Source: an uncultured Candidatus Saccharimonas sp. (GTDB lineage: Bacteria > Patescibacteriota > Saccharimonadia > Saccharimonadales > AQU-01). Taken from it: a stretch of 64,000 nucleotides of DNA. Shown here piece by piece: positions 18,147-26,407 of this stretch. The first letter of the stretch is position 1; the number at the start of each line of letters is the position of its first letter. The position numbers and the translations under genes were made by a program. Where the stretch lies: NCBI GenBank assembly GCA_943358095.1, contig CALRGT010000001.1:450-64449 (forward strand), read 5' to 3'. The notes beneath the pieces are model-generated. The model worked only from the letters and a program-made list of their open reading frames with translations, was not told where the DNA came from and made no database searches.

Positions 18147-18220
18147 TGGCAGGGGTACGTGGAATCGAACCACGGTCTAAGGTTTTGGAGACCTTCATAC
18201 TAACCGCTGTACTATACCCC
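18147..18220 (-). tRNA. tRNA-Trp (anticodon CCA)
   Basis: Reverse complement GGGGTATAGTACAGCGGTTAGTAT...anticodon loop CTCCAAA...GGTTCGATTCCACGTACCCCTGCCA; 74 nt. Confidence 0.85.
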
Positions 18221-18329
18221 TATAATACTTAACTTAGAACTTAAGTGAATAACTAACCTATTTTACCTTAAATTGTCATAAAAACGAATTTTTGCACATT
18301 CTCGTTAATCTGATATACAATATAATGAC

Positions 18330-18992
18330 ATGAGTAAACTAATACCTACCAGACCTCTTCTTATAATGTTATACGGCTTTCCTGGAGCCGGGAAGACTCA
18401 CTTTGCTAGACAACTGACAGAACATATTAATGTAGCTCACGTACAGGCCGACAAGATCAGAAGCGAACTTTTTGACGATCCTACATTTGATAAACAAGAA
18501 AATGCCATTGTTAAGCACCTAATGACCTACATGACTGGTGAATTCCTGCAATCAGGTGTTAGTGTAGTTTACGACGTTAATGCCATGAGATCAGCCGAAC
18601 GGAGGTCACTACGTGAACTAGCGCTCAAAGTTAAGGCCCAGCCAATACTAATTTGGCTACAAATAGACCCAGAAACTGCTTTTACGCGTCTAAATAAGCG
18701 CGACAAGCGAAAAAGCGACGACAAGTACGCCTTACCTTACTCTCGCAATGCGTTCCGTAATTATATTGTGAAGATGCAAAATCCTATCGAGTCAGAGAAC
18801 TATATAGTAATTAGCGGCAAGCACACCTTTAATACGCAGAAGAGTGCTGTTACCAAGAGATTGTACGAAATTGGGCTACTTAGAGCCGATAGCGTCAGTA
18901 CAGTTGTTGTTAAGCCTGGAATGGTCAACTTAGTACCTAATCCTGCTGCAGGTCGCGTGGATATGAGCAGACGTAACATTTCCATATACTAA
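18330..18992 (+). CDS. P-loop kinase (AAA_33 / zeta-toxin-like fold)
   Basis: Walker A GFPGAGKT near N-terminus, downstream VVYDVNAMRSAERRSL typical of small P-loop kinases; 220 aa. Confidence 0.5.
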   Translation: MSKLIPTRPLLIMLYGFPGAGKTHFARQLTEHINVAHVQADKIRSELFDDPTFDKQENAIVKHLMTYMTGEFLQSGVSVVYDVNAMRSAERRSLRELALKVKAQPILIWLQIDPETAFTRLNKRDKRKSDDKYALPYSRNAFRNYIVKMQNPIESENYIVISGKHTFNTQKSAVTKRLYEIGLLRADSVSTVVVKPGMVNLVPNPAAGRVDMSRRNISIY

Positions 18993-18998
18993 TTAGTT

Positions 18999-19691
18999 AT
19001 GGCGCAAAAACTTATTATCGTTGAGGGAATAGGCGAAGTCCTCCTTATTAAAAACAAGGCTTCTCGGTCTATCAAGATATCGATTACGGGCGATAATGTC
19101 GTTCGGCTCAGTATGCCATCGTGGCTACCCTATCAAACAGGTGTGAAGTTTGTTGAGTCGCGCAAAGATTGGGTGGCTGAACATCGCAGACCAAATAGAC
19201 TGTATAGAGATGGTGATTTGTTCGGCAAGTCTCATCGCTTAAGGATATTTACTACTAGTGACGACATTATTAAAACTAGGATTTCTCATGTCGAAATAAA
19301 GATTACGATTCCCGCCGACACCACAACTGAATCAAGCGAAGTACAGTCAGCCATCAAAAAAGCTGCCCTACGCGCCATTAAACAGGAAGGCGAAAAATTA
19401 TTGCCACAAAGATTGGCTGAACTTTCCCAGAAACATAATTTTGAATACAAGTCAGTAGATTTCAAAAAGATGAAAGCAAGATGGGGTAGCTGCACAAATC
19501 AAAAAGATATTACACTTAACACTTTTCTTATGACCTTGCCTTGGAATCTTATTGATTACGTTCTTATTCACGAACTAGTCCACACAAAAGTTCTGCATCA
19601 CGGAGTTCAGTTCTGGGAAGAATTCGACAGGTGCTTGCCGAATGCTAAACAGTATAGAAAAAATCTCAAAGTTTACAGCCCACACTTTTAA
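18999..19691 (+). CDS. YgjP/DUF45-family metal-dependent hydrolase (WLM/SprT-like zincin)
   Basis: C-terminal HELVHTKVLHHGVQFWEE (HExxH...H...FW) signature of the DUF45 family. Confidence 0.6.
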   Translation: MAQKLIIVEGIGEVLLIKNKASRSIKISITGDNVVRLSMPSWLPYQTGVKFVESRKDWVAEHRRPNRLYRDGDLFGKSHRLRIFTTSDDIIKTRISHVEIKITIPADTTTESSEVQSAIKKAALRAIKQEGEKLLPQRLAELSQKHNFEYKSVDFKKMKARWGSCTNQKDITLNTFLMTLPWNLIDYVLIHELVHTKVLHHGVQFWEEFDRCLPNAKQYRKNLKVYSPHF

Positions 19692-19697
19692 ACTAAT

Positions 19698-21242
19698 CTA
19701 TTTAACGTGTGAGTTAACAGGTTTTATATAGGGAGTTACGTGCATAACTGGTAAGCAGATATTGCGACCTTTCCAATCTACTTCAGAGAATTCATAACGA
19801 ATCATTGAATATATTCCGAGCCCTATTTCTGTAATGACCATGATTGGAAAGTTGAACATGGATATAAGTTTGTAGTCAGGGTTTGTGGCTTTAAGGATTA
19901 AGTGATGAGTGTATATTAAAAGACCCATGGTTGAAGTCGTTGATATTAAAAGAATAGGCGACAATGTCAGCAGAGCTAATAGGAACAAAACAACCGGTGC
20001 TAACAAGAACAATATTTCAGCCATACTTAGCAGCATAACGAGCTCGATCTTTTTGTGAACTTCTGGATATCTAACACGCATAGCCCGGTCAAATTGATCA
20101 TTAAAATCTTTAACAGACGACACTTCTACGCTGCCATTACTGCGCAGAAAACTATAAGAATCAGTTAAAATCTCTTTACGAGCAAAGTAAGCTTCTGGCA
20201 GTACCGCTCTACTGACAGCCTCAAAATCTCCTGCTTTAGCAAGAGCTTTGCGAGTTATCATCCAACAACTGCTAGATATGGCAGGTCTATTAGTAAATCT
20301 ACGCGGCAGGGCTAATTCCCACCAGTTACGCATTGGTTGAATAGCAGAAGCCAAGAAACCGTTAAACCTCTGCCGCGGTAGAATACAAATCATTGTCTTC
20401 TTGTTGTCTAGTGCGCTAGTAATTATCGTCCTGATAGTGCTGGTACTGATATGCGTATCGACACTCAAAAATACAATATATTGCCCAGTTGCGGCCTCGC
20501 TAAGCTGTTCATATGCTTGATTTTTTGCCAGCCAGTTATCCTGCGGTTCAGACCCATGAATAAATCTAACACCATCTCTTGCAAAACCTTTGATGATATC
20601 TGAAGTTTTATCTTGAGAACAATCGTCAAGAACAATTACTTCCAATTTTGGATAATCACTAGCAACTACAGCCGACAGGCATGCACTAAGGTCAACTGTT
20701 TCGTTGCGGGCAGGAATGGCTACAGTAACCGTTGGCAGGTCTTTATCCGCATAATGACCTCTTATCGGCTTAAATGATGTACTCTTAAGTGATTTTCTAG
20801 TTACGAAAAGTAGCGCCATTGCAAATATCAATTGCACCATAGATGCTATGTCGGTAGTTATATTATTGGACACTACGCCGCTAAAATACTTATCGCCGAC
20901 GAACCAAACCGCATAAAGTATAATTTGAGCTGCTATTAATGAAATACTGGTTCGTAGTACTACTCTACGAAGATAACTCTCGTGTAATCTTTGTTCAGTA
21001 ACCCTTATTAAGCTCGTAAGCCTAAATAGACTAGCAATAAAAAGTACTATCATTATTAAATTAAAATTATTGACGAGAATCATACCACTAGAAAAGGCGG
21101 TCAGAAATATTGATACTAATAGAATCCAGAATCTATATCTCCAAAAGAGAGAAGTGACCATCAATAATTCTAGTACCGCTCCAATAATAAATAGCTTAAG
21201 CATTTGATACTTACTATAACGGATTGACCCCAGCTTGACCAA
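19698..21242 (-). CDS. Membrane-embedded family-2 glycosyltransferase (GT-A fold flanked by N- and C-terminal TM bundles)
   Basis: GT2 motifs: TVAIPARNE...EVIVLDDCSQD (DxD) and QPMRNWW (QxxRW-like); ~4 TM helices N-terminal and ~4 C-terminal; 514 aa. Confidence 0.6.
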   Translation of the reverse strand: MVKLGSIRYSKYQMLKLFIIGAVLELLMVTSLFWRYRFWILLVSIFLTAFSSGMILVNNFNLIMIVLFIASLFRLTSLIRVTEQRLHESYLRRVVLRTSISLIAAQIILYAVWFVGDKYFSGVVSNNITTDIASMVQLIFAMALLFVTRKSLKSTSFKPIRGHYADKDLPTVTVAIPARNETVDLSACLSAVVASDYPKLEVIVLDDCSQDKTSDIIKGFARDGVRFIHGSEPQDNWLAKNQAYEQLSEAATGQYIVFLSVDTHISTSTIRTIITSALDNKKTMICILPRQRFNGFLASAIQPMRNWWELALPRRFTNRPAISSSCWMITRKALAKAGDFEAVSRAVLPEAYFARKEILTDSYSFLRSNGSVEVSSVKDFNDQFDRAMRVRYPEVHKKIELVMLLSMAEILFLLAPVVLFLLALLTLSPILLISTTSTMGLLIYTHHLILKATNPDYKLISMFNFPIMVITEIGLGIYSMIRYEFSEVDWKGRNICLPVMHVTPYIKPVNSHVK

Positions 21243-21279
21243 TCAAACAGAATAAGGTAGTATTGACTCTGAACAGAAG

Positions 21280-21306
21280 CCTACTACATATATAGTAGGT
21301 TTTTTA
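21280..21306 (+). terminator. Orphan + strand intrinsic terminator-like hairpin upstream of secE
   Basis: CCTACTA-CATATA-TAGTAGG followed by TTTTTT; TTGACT hexamer at 21263-21268 just upstream; no + strand gene immediately 5'. Confidence 0.45.
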
Positions 21307-21333
21307 ATTGAAATAGGGTATAAAGGGGTAAAA

Positions 21334-21738
21334 ATGGCAGACAAGCCGAAGAAGAAGCGAATCTTAAAGAACAAGACCGAAACTGTACGACAAAAAGCAC
21401 AGGCTGTTTCTGACGCGCCAGTTAAAAAGCGTCACATTAGACGAACCGCCACAAAAATCACCACACCTATTAAAGCAGCTCATCGCTTTGGTAAAAAAGA
21501 ATACTACTTGCCAATGCCAGACAATAAGTTTGGCCGATTCATGAACAAAAAGCGCTACATTATCCCTCGATATCTACGCGAGTCTTGGCACGAAGTTAAA
21601 CAAGTTACTTGGCCTGACCGTAAGGAAACTACCAAGCTAACACTAGCCGTTTTTACATTCGCTATTATTTTCGGAATTCTAGTGGCAGTAGTCGACTATG
21701 GATTAGACATAATATTCAGAAAAACAATTCTTAAGTAA
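21334..21738 (+). CDS. secE: Preprotein translocase subunit SecE (Lys-rich N-terminal extension)
   Basis: C-terminal single TM (LTLAVFTFAIIFGILVAVVDYGLD) preceded by the amphipathic segment conserved in SecE; upstream of nusG. Confidence 0.75.
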   Translation: MADKPKKKRILKNKTETVRQKAQAVSDAPVKKRHIRRTATKITTPIKAAHRFGKKEYYLPMPDNKFGRFMNKKRYIIPRYLRESWHEVKQVTWPDRKETTKLTLAVFTFAIIFGILVAVVDYGLDIIFRKTILK

Positions 21739-21770
21739 ACATTAACCGGAAATTATAAGGAGACAAATCG

Positions 21771-22313
21771 ATGACAAAGAGATACGACACTACAAGATTA
21801 TGGTACGCAATTCATACCTATAGCGGCTATGAAGAAAAGGTAGCCGAAAGCATCAGACAGAGAGCTGAAAGTCTTGACATGAAAGATAAAATTTTTCAGG
21901 TTCTAGTACCAAAAGAAAAGATGATCGAAATCAAGAATGGTAAACGCAAAGTCGTTGAAAAGCGAATTTTCCAAGGTTACGTACTAGTCGAGATGAAATT
22001 AACAGAAGATGCTTGGTACATTGTACGCAATACTCCAAGCGTAACTGGATTCGTTGGTAGCGGTACAGAACCGACTCCTATTGATAACGACGAAATGGAA
22101 AAGATTCAGAAACGAATGGGCATCGAACAGCCTAAGTTCAAAATGGACTACAACATTGGTGACGTGGTTAACATCACTGACGGTCCATTTAAGGGCTTTG
22201 ACGGAGCTATTAACGAGATTGATCACGCTAAGGGCAAGCTAAAAGTCTTGGTTAACATGTTTGGCCGCGAAACTCCTGTAGAACTAGACAGTCTACAAGT
22301 TAAAAAGACTTAA
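21771..22313 (+). CDS. nusG: Transcription termination/antitermination factor NusG
   Basis: NGN domain (WYAIHTYSGYEEKV) and KOW domain (IGDVVNITDGPFKGFDGAI). Confidence 0.9.
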   Translation: MTKRYDTTRLWYAIHTYSGYEEKVAESIRQRAESLDMKDKIFQVLVPKEKMIEIKNGKRKVVEKRIFQGYVLVEMKLTEDAWYIVRNTPSVTGFVGSGTEPTPIDNDEMEKIQKRMGIEQPKFKMDYNIGDVVNITDGPFKGFDGAINEIDHAKGKLKVLVNMFGRETPVELDSLQVKKT

Positions 22314-22469
22314 GTGTTAGTTTTTACGACTCTTTAGAACTCTCAGCAATATTAAACGATAAGCATACCGCTAGACAACAGGGGTAGATTGTAGTACTAT
22401 ATAATCTAAGTTACGCACGAATAGCACGAGGAGCTTCAAACCTCTGCTCAAAGAAAGAGAATATAGATC

Positions 22470-22898
22470 ATGGCAAAGAAAATTACAGCTAGTTTAAAGT
22501 TAAAAATCCCTGCAGGCAAAGCAACTGCTGCACCTCCAGTAGGTAGCACACTTGGTCAGTACGGTGTTAACATGATGGATTTTATTAATCCTTTCAACGA
22601 ACAAACTCGTGACTTGGGTAACGTAACAGTTACTGCTCATATTTCAGTTTACGAAGATCGTACTATGTCATTTAGAATCGTCACTCAGCCAACTGATGAC
22701 ATGATTCGAGCAAAGCTAGGTATCGAGAAGGGTTCTGGAAAGCCAAACAGCGAAAAGATCGCTAAACAACTTACACAGACACAGCTACGAGAAATTGCTG
22801 AAGCTAAAGCTTTAGACATGAATACAGACGACATTGATGCAGTAGCTAAAATGGTAGCGGGAACTGCACGGAGTATGGGCGTCGTAGTAGAAGCCTAG
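22470..22898 (+). CDS. rplK: 50S ribosomal protein L11
   Basis: MAKKITASLKLKIPAGKATAAPPVGSTLGQYGVNMMDF... canonical L11. Confidence 0.9.
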   Translation: MAKKITASLKLKIPAGKATAAPPVGSTLGQYGVNMMDFINPFNEQTRDLGNVTVTAHISVYEDRTMSFRIVTQPTDDMIRAKLGIEKGSGKPNSEKIAKQLTQTQLREIAEAKALDMNTDDIDAVAKMVAGTARSMGVVVEA

Positions 22899-22900
22899 GT

Positions 22901-23107
22901 ATGGGCGAAGATTCAAGATTTGAGGGTTATCAAATCACGAATCCTAATTTAGACATTGAGAAGAAAAGATTAGATCCTTTTGATAGAAAGCCAGAGGACG
23001 TTGATTTTCGTTTGCCTGGAAATTACTACTTAGTCATCCAACCCGTCGACACAGAAGAATTAGACAATTCTGATGAAAGCCAAGACCCTACTAATAACGA
23101 AGCTTAA
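22901..23107 (+). CDS. Hypothetical small acidic protein translationally coupled to rplK
   Basis: 68-aa ORF starting 3 nt after the rplK stop; acidic, Pro/Asp/Glu-rich; no motif. Confidence 0.3.
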   Translation: MGEDSRFEGYQITNPNLDIEKKRLDPFDRKPEDVDFRLPGNYYLVIQPVDTEELDNSDESQDPTNNEA

Positions 23108-23212
23108 TTACACTTCAGCAGTTGATTTCGCCCCTGTAATGTGTTATATTTAGTTATCAAATTAATTTTGTGGGAGGCCTAAGTAAGCCGTTAACACCAC
23201 GAAGGAGTCATT

Positions 23213-24151
23213 ATGGCAGAAGCCAAAAAAGTTGCTAAAGCAACAACTACTAAAACTAAAAAAGCAGTTGCAGAGGAAGTAGTAGCAGTTACAGCAGAAG
23301 CTGTAGTAGCACCTATTGTAGAAGAAAAAGTAGCTAAGGCTGGCAAGCGCAGTCTTAAGGCCGTAAAAGAAGCCGAAGCTGTAGTAGCCAAAGAAGAACG
23401 CAAGCTAAAAGCTGAAGTTAATGCTGAAGCTCCTGCTCATCACCAGAAACCTACTCGTTCAATCCTAGAACGCAGAGGCAAGAATTATCGCAAAGCAAAC
23501 GAACTAGTCGAAAAGAAGAAAGTTTACGAACTTAAAGAAGCTCTTGATCTAGCTATTAAAACTAGCCTAGTAAAATTTGATGCAAGCGTAGAAATGCACA
23601 TCAATTTGGCTGTTGATCCTCGCCAAGCTGACCAAAACATTCGTGGCAGCATCGCACTACCAGCCGGTACAGGCAAAACTGTACGTATCGTTGTATTGGC
23701 AGATGCTAAGGACGCTGACGCAGCTATTAAAGCTGGTGCCGATAAAGCAGGTAGCGACGATATCTTTGCCGCACTTGATAAAGGTATAATTGATTTCGAT
23801 ATTCTAATTTGTACACCAGCTATGATGCCAAAACTTGGTAAGTATGCACGTGTACTAGGTCCAAAAGGCTTAATGCCTAACCCTAAGAGCGGTACTGTTA
23901 CACCAGATGTAGCAAAAGCTGTTAGTGAAGCAAAAGCCGGTAAAGTTGAGTTCCGTGTTGATAGTACAGGAATAGTTCACTTGGCAGTTGGTAAAGTAAG
24001 CTTTGGCGTTGAAAAGCTAGAACAAAATGCATCAGCAGTACTAGCTACTATTCGTTCTGCAAAACCACTTTCTCTAAAAGGCGGCACCTTCATAAAATCT
24101 GTACACTTGACCACAACTATGGGTCCAAGTATCAAGATTTCTTTTAACTAA
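23213..24151 (+). CDS. rplA: 50S ribosomal protein L1 with ~85-aa Ala/Lys/Glu-rich N-terminal extension
   Basis: Residues ~86-312 match L1 (KVYELKEALDLAIKTSLVKFDASVEM...); AAGGAG RBS at 23200-23205 supports the upstream start. Confidence 0.85.
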   Translation: MAEAKKVAKATTTKTKKAVAEEVVAVTAEAVVAPIVEEKVAKAGKRSLKAVKEAEAVVAKEERKLKAEVNAEAPAHHQKPTRSILERRGKNYRKANELVEKKKVYELKEALDLAIKTSLVKFDASVEMHINLAVDPRQADQNIRGSIALPAGTGKTVRIVVLADAKDADAAIKAGADKAGSDDIFAALDKGIIDFDILICTPAMMPKLGKYARVLGPKGLMPNPKSGTVTPDVAKAVSEAKAGKVEFRVDSTGIVHLAVGKVSFGVEKLEQNASAVLATIRSAKPLSLKGGTFIKSVHLTTTMGPSIKISFN

Positions 24152-24207
24152 GACGAAGTATCTACAATTAGTTTCCGTACTGACGGTCTAACTGATAATA
24201 TATTCCT

Positions 24208-24975
24208 ATGATTATAATCGGAATGACCGGTCCTATAAGCCACGGGAAGACAACTTTTGCCGATGCAATCGAAAAGATCGAACCATCTACAATTCACTTT
24301 GAATCGAGCCTAATTATTGCTGAAGTGATAAACGCGCTTCACGCCTCTACCGACAAAATACCATCACCCTATAATGTAGATAGTATCAACGAGTGGCTTA
24401 AACCGCTACCGTCTATTCTGCTTGAAGTACTTGGTGTGAAGAGTGATATCGAACAAATACGCATCAGCCAATCCGATGCCGATAAACATCCAATTGAGTA
24501 CGACAAACTCATACTGCATATTGAAGGCCTGCAAAGAGACCCTAGCCTAATAAGCAAGACTATAGATTCTGAAAACAAAGAATCATTCCGCGCAATTCTA
24601 CAGTGGGTTGGTGGCTATCTAGTTAAAAAAGTTAGTTCTGACATTTGGTACGACGAAATAATTAAAAGAGCCCGCAAAGCCGAACAGGATGGGTTTAATA
24701 TATGTATCATTGGGGGATTACGATTTCCTAGTGACGCGAAAATCGTACATCAAGCCGGTGGAATTATCATCAAGGTATACCGCCCTGATCATTTGCAGTA
24801 CGACATACTTGACCCAACCGAACGTGAACGCGACAACATCGCCTGCGACTCAACAATTATGAGCAACGGAACAATTGAAGACATGAATTTATGTGCCGTC
24901 CAAGTGCTGGAAGATATTAAGAATAAAAAGTTAGAAAAGATTTATCAAACAATTCGCTACCGAGTGAATCAATAA
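24208..24975 (+). CDS. Deoxynucleoside monophosphate kinase-like P-loop protein (T4 gp1-like)
   Basis: N-terminal GMTGPISHGKTTFADAI resembles T4 dNMP kinase (SGVKRSGKDTTADFI); central IIGGLRFPSDAKIVHQAGGIIIKVYRPD and C-terminal SNGTIEDMNLCAVQVL segments parallel the gp1 layout; 255 aa. Confidence 0.5.
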   Translation: MIIIGMTGPISHGKTTFADAIEKIEPSTIHFESSLIIAEVINALHASTDKIPSPYNVDSINEWLKPLPSILLEVLGVKSDIEQIRISQSDADKHPIEYDKLILHIEGLQRDPSLISKTIDSENKESFRAILQWVGGYLVKKVSSDIWYDEIIKRARKAEQDGFNICIIGGLRFPSDAKIVHQAGGIIIKVYRPDHLQYDILDPTERERDNIACDSTIMSNGTIEDMNLCAVQVLEDIKNKKLEKIYQTIRYRVNQ

Positions 24976-25010
24976 TATATTAAACCTAAGAGCTTAGCAT
25001 CAGGAGTGTC

Positions 25011-25547
25011 ATGGTATCTATAATCGCAGCATATACAAATAATCGAGTTCTCGGAATGGATGGTGACCTGCCTTGGGATTTACCGATTGACCGCGACAGA
25101 TTTACTAAAATAACAGATGGTTCGACCGTTATAATGGGCCGCAAAACTTACGAATCGATAGCAAAAAACTCGTCCAAGCCGCTGAGCAACAGAAGAAATA
25201 TTGTTATTTCACGGACGCTTACAAAAGTTATAGACGGATTTGAACTGACCGATACATTGGATAAAGCGCTCCAAATGTCTAACTCACATAATAGCGAAGA
25301 GGAAGTATTTGTTATTGGTGGCGGTAATCTTTTCGACTATGCTCTTCGAAATAATTTAGTAGACGAAATGTATTTAACAGAAATTGACGCTGACATAAAA
25401 GGCGACGCATACTTTCCGGAATTTGATAAGACAAAATGGATCGAAGTATCTCGAAAGTCTGTTCCTAAAAATTCACAAAATATATATGACGTATCGTTTG
25501 TAGTGTTGATGAAAATAACTAGCGCAAGCACTAAGATAGATTTATAA
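25011..25547 (+). CDS. folA: Dihydrofolate reductase
   Basis: MVSIIAAYTNNRVLGMDGDLPWDLPIDRDRFTKITDGSTVIMGRKTYESI closely follows the DHFR N-terminal consensus; 178 aa. Confidence 0.8.
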   Translation: MVSIIAAYTNNRVLGMDGDLPWDLPIDRDRFTKITDGSTVIMGRKTYESIAKNSSKPLSNRRNIVISRTLTKVIDGFELTDTLDKALQMSNSHNSEEEVFVIGGGNLFDYALRNNLVDEMYLTEIDADIKGDAYFPEFDKTKWIEVSRKSVPKNSQNIYDVSFVVLMKITSASTKIDL

Positions 25548-25684
25548 CTCGAATCTATTTATATCTCTCAAGCCTACATATTTGTAAATAAAAGGTTGTA
25601 ATATTGCACTGAGCTACTTGCGCATATGTCAAATTGTTTCGTACAATATATTGTACTTAACGACGATAAATTCTGGAGGCTAAC

Positions 25685-26398
25685 TTGGGCGTTTACAGCA
25701 ATATTCAGATCAACAAAGCAATTGAAGACAAACACATTGTTTGCGTACCGTTTAACCCAAAGCATGTCAGCCATGCCAGTCTTGATGTGACATTGGGGCA
25801 TTATTATTATCGTATCGAGAAGATGAATGAGAGGACTATCTATAATCCTTTTGACGCAGAAGATGTTGAAAGATATTTTGAAGGACCTTTTAAGGCGATG
25901 CCACACGAACAGTGGTGCAAACTGAACGGATTCGCGCCTTTAGTAGGTATACCGCCAGAACATCCCGTAATTGCCATTAAGCCAGGTGAAAGAATTTTGG
26001 CTCACACTCACGAATTTTTTGGTATTAAGCCGCCTGGCGCTTATGACCTAAGAGCGCGGTCATCTTGGGCACGTAACGGTGTGGCTGTATGCTTTGACGC
26101 CGGCTGGGTAGATCCTGGCTACATTAATAGATTAACTCTGGAGATATACAATCTTAATAGTCGAGAAACAGTCGTTTTGCCAGTGGGCGAAAGAATTGCA
26201 CAAGCTGTATTCCACGAAACTGGTGATGTTGAGGGCAACTATGGCGAAGGCAGAGACAGCAGCTTTAGCGGGAAATACCAAAATGGTACCGATATCGATA
26301 CTATTATTAAAACTTGGTCTCCAGACATGATGCTACCGAAAGCCTATTTAGACAAAAGAACAATGCCTGTCAAAATTGAAGGTTCGATTTATGAATGA
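25685..26398 (+). CDS. dcd: dCTP deaminase (dUTPase-superfamily), TTG start
   Basis: ASLDVTLGHYYYR... and RSSWARNGVAVCFDAGWVDPGYINRLTLEIYNLNS match Dcd core (GRSSLARLGL...DPGWSG...LEFYN); GGAGG RBS 6 nt before TTG. Confidence 0.7.
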   Translation: MGVYSNIQINKAIEDKHIVCVPFNPKHVSHASLDVTLGHYYYRIEKMNERTIYNPFDAEDVERYFEGPFKAMPHEQWCKLNGFAPLVGIPPEHPVIAIKPGERILAHTHEFFGIKPPGAYDLRARSSWARNGVAVCFDAGWVDPGYINRLTLEIYNLNSRETVVLPVGERIAQAVFHETGDVEGNYGEGRDSSFSGKYQNGTDIDTIIKTWSPDMMLPKAYLDKRTMPVKIEGSIYE

Positions 26399-26407
26399 TA
26401 GCAAATC

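Noticed and set aside
22314-22469. Promoter and L11/L1 leader upstream of rplK
   Set aside because: A TATAAT box is present near 22409 but there is no convincing -35. I could not recognise the L1-binding rRNA-mimic structure by eye, so I did not report it as a feature.
25574-25906. 110-aa minus-strand ORF
   Set aside because: It overlaps the RBS and N-terminal region of the well-supported dcd gene on the + strand. It has a reverse-frame composition rich in Cys, Phe and Ile.
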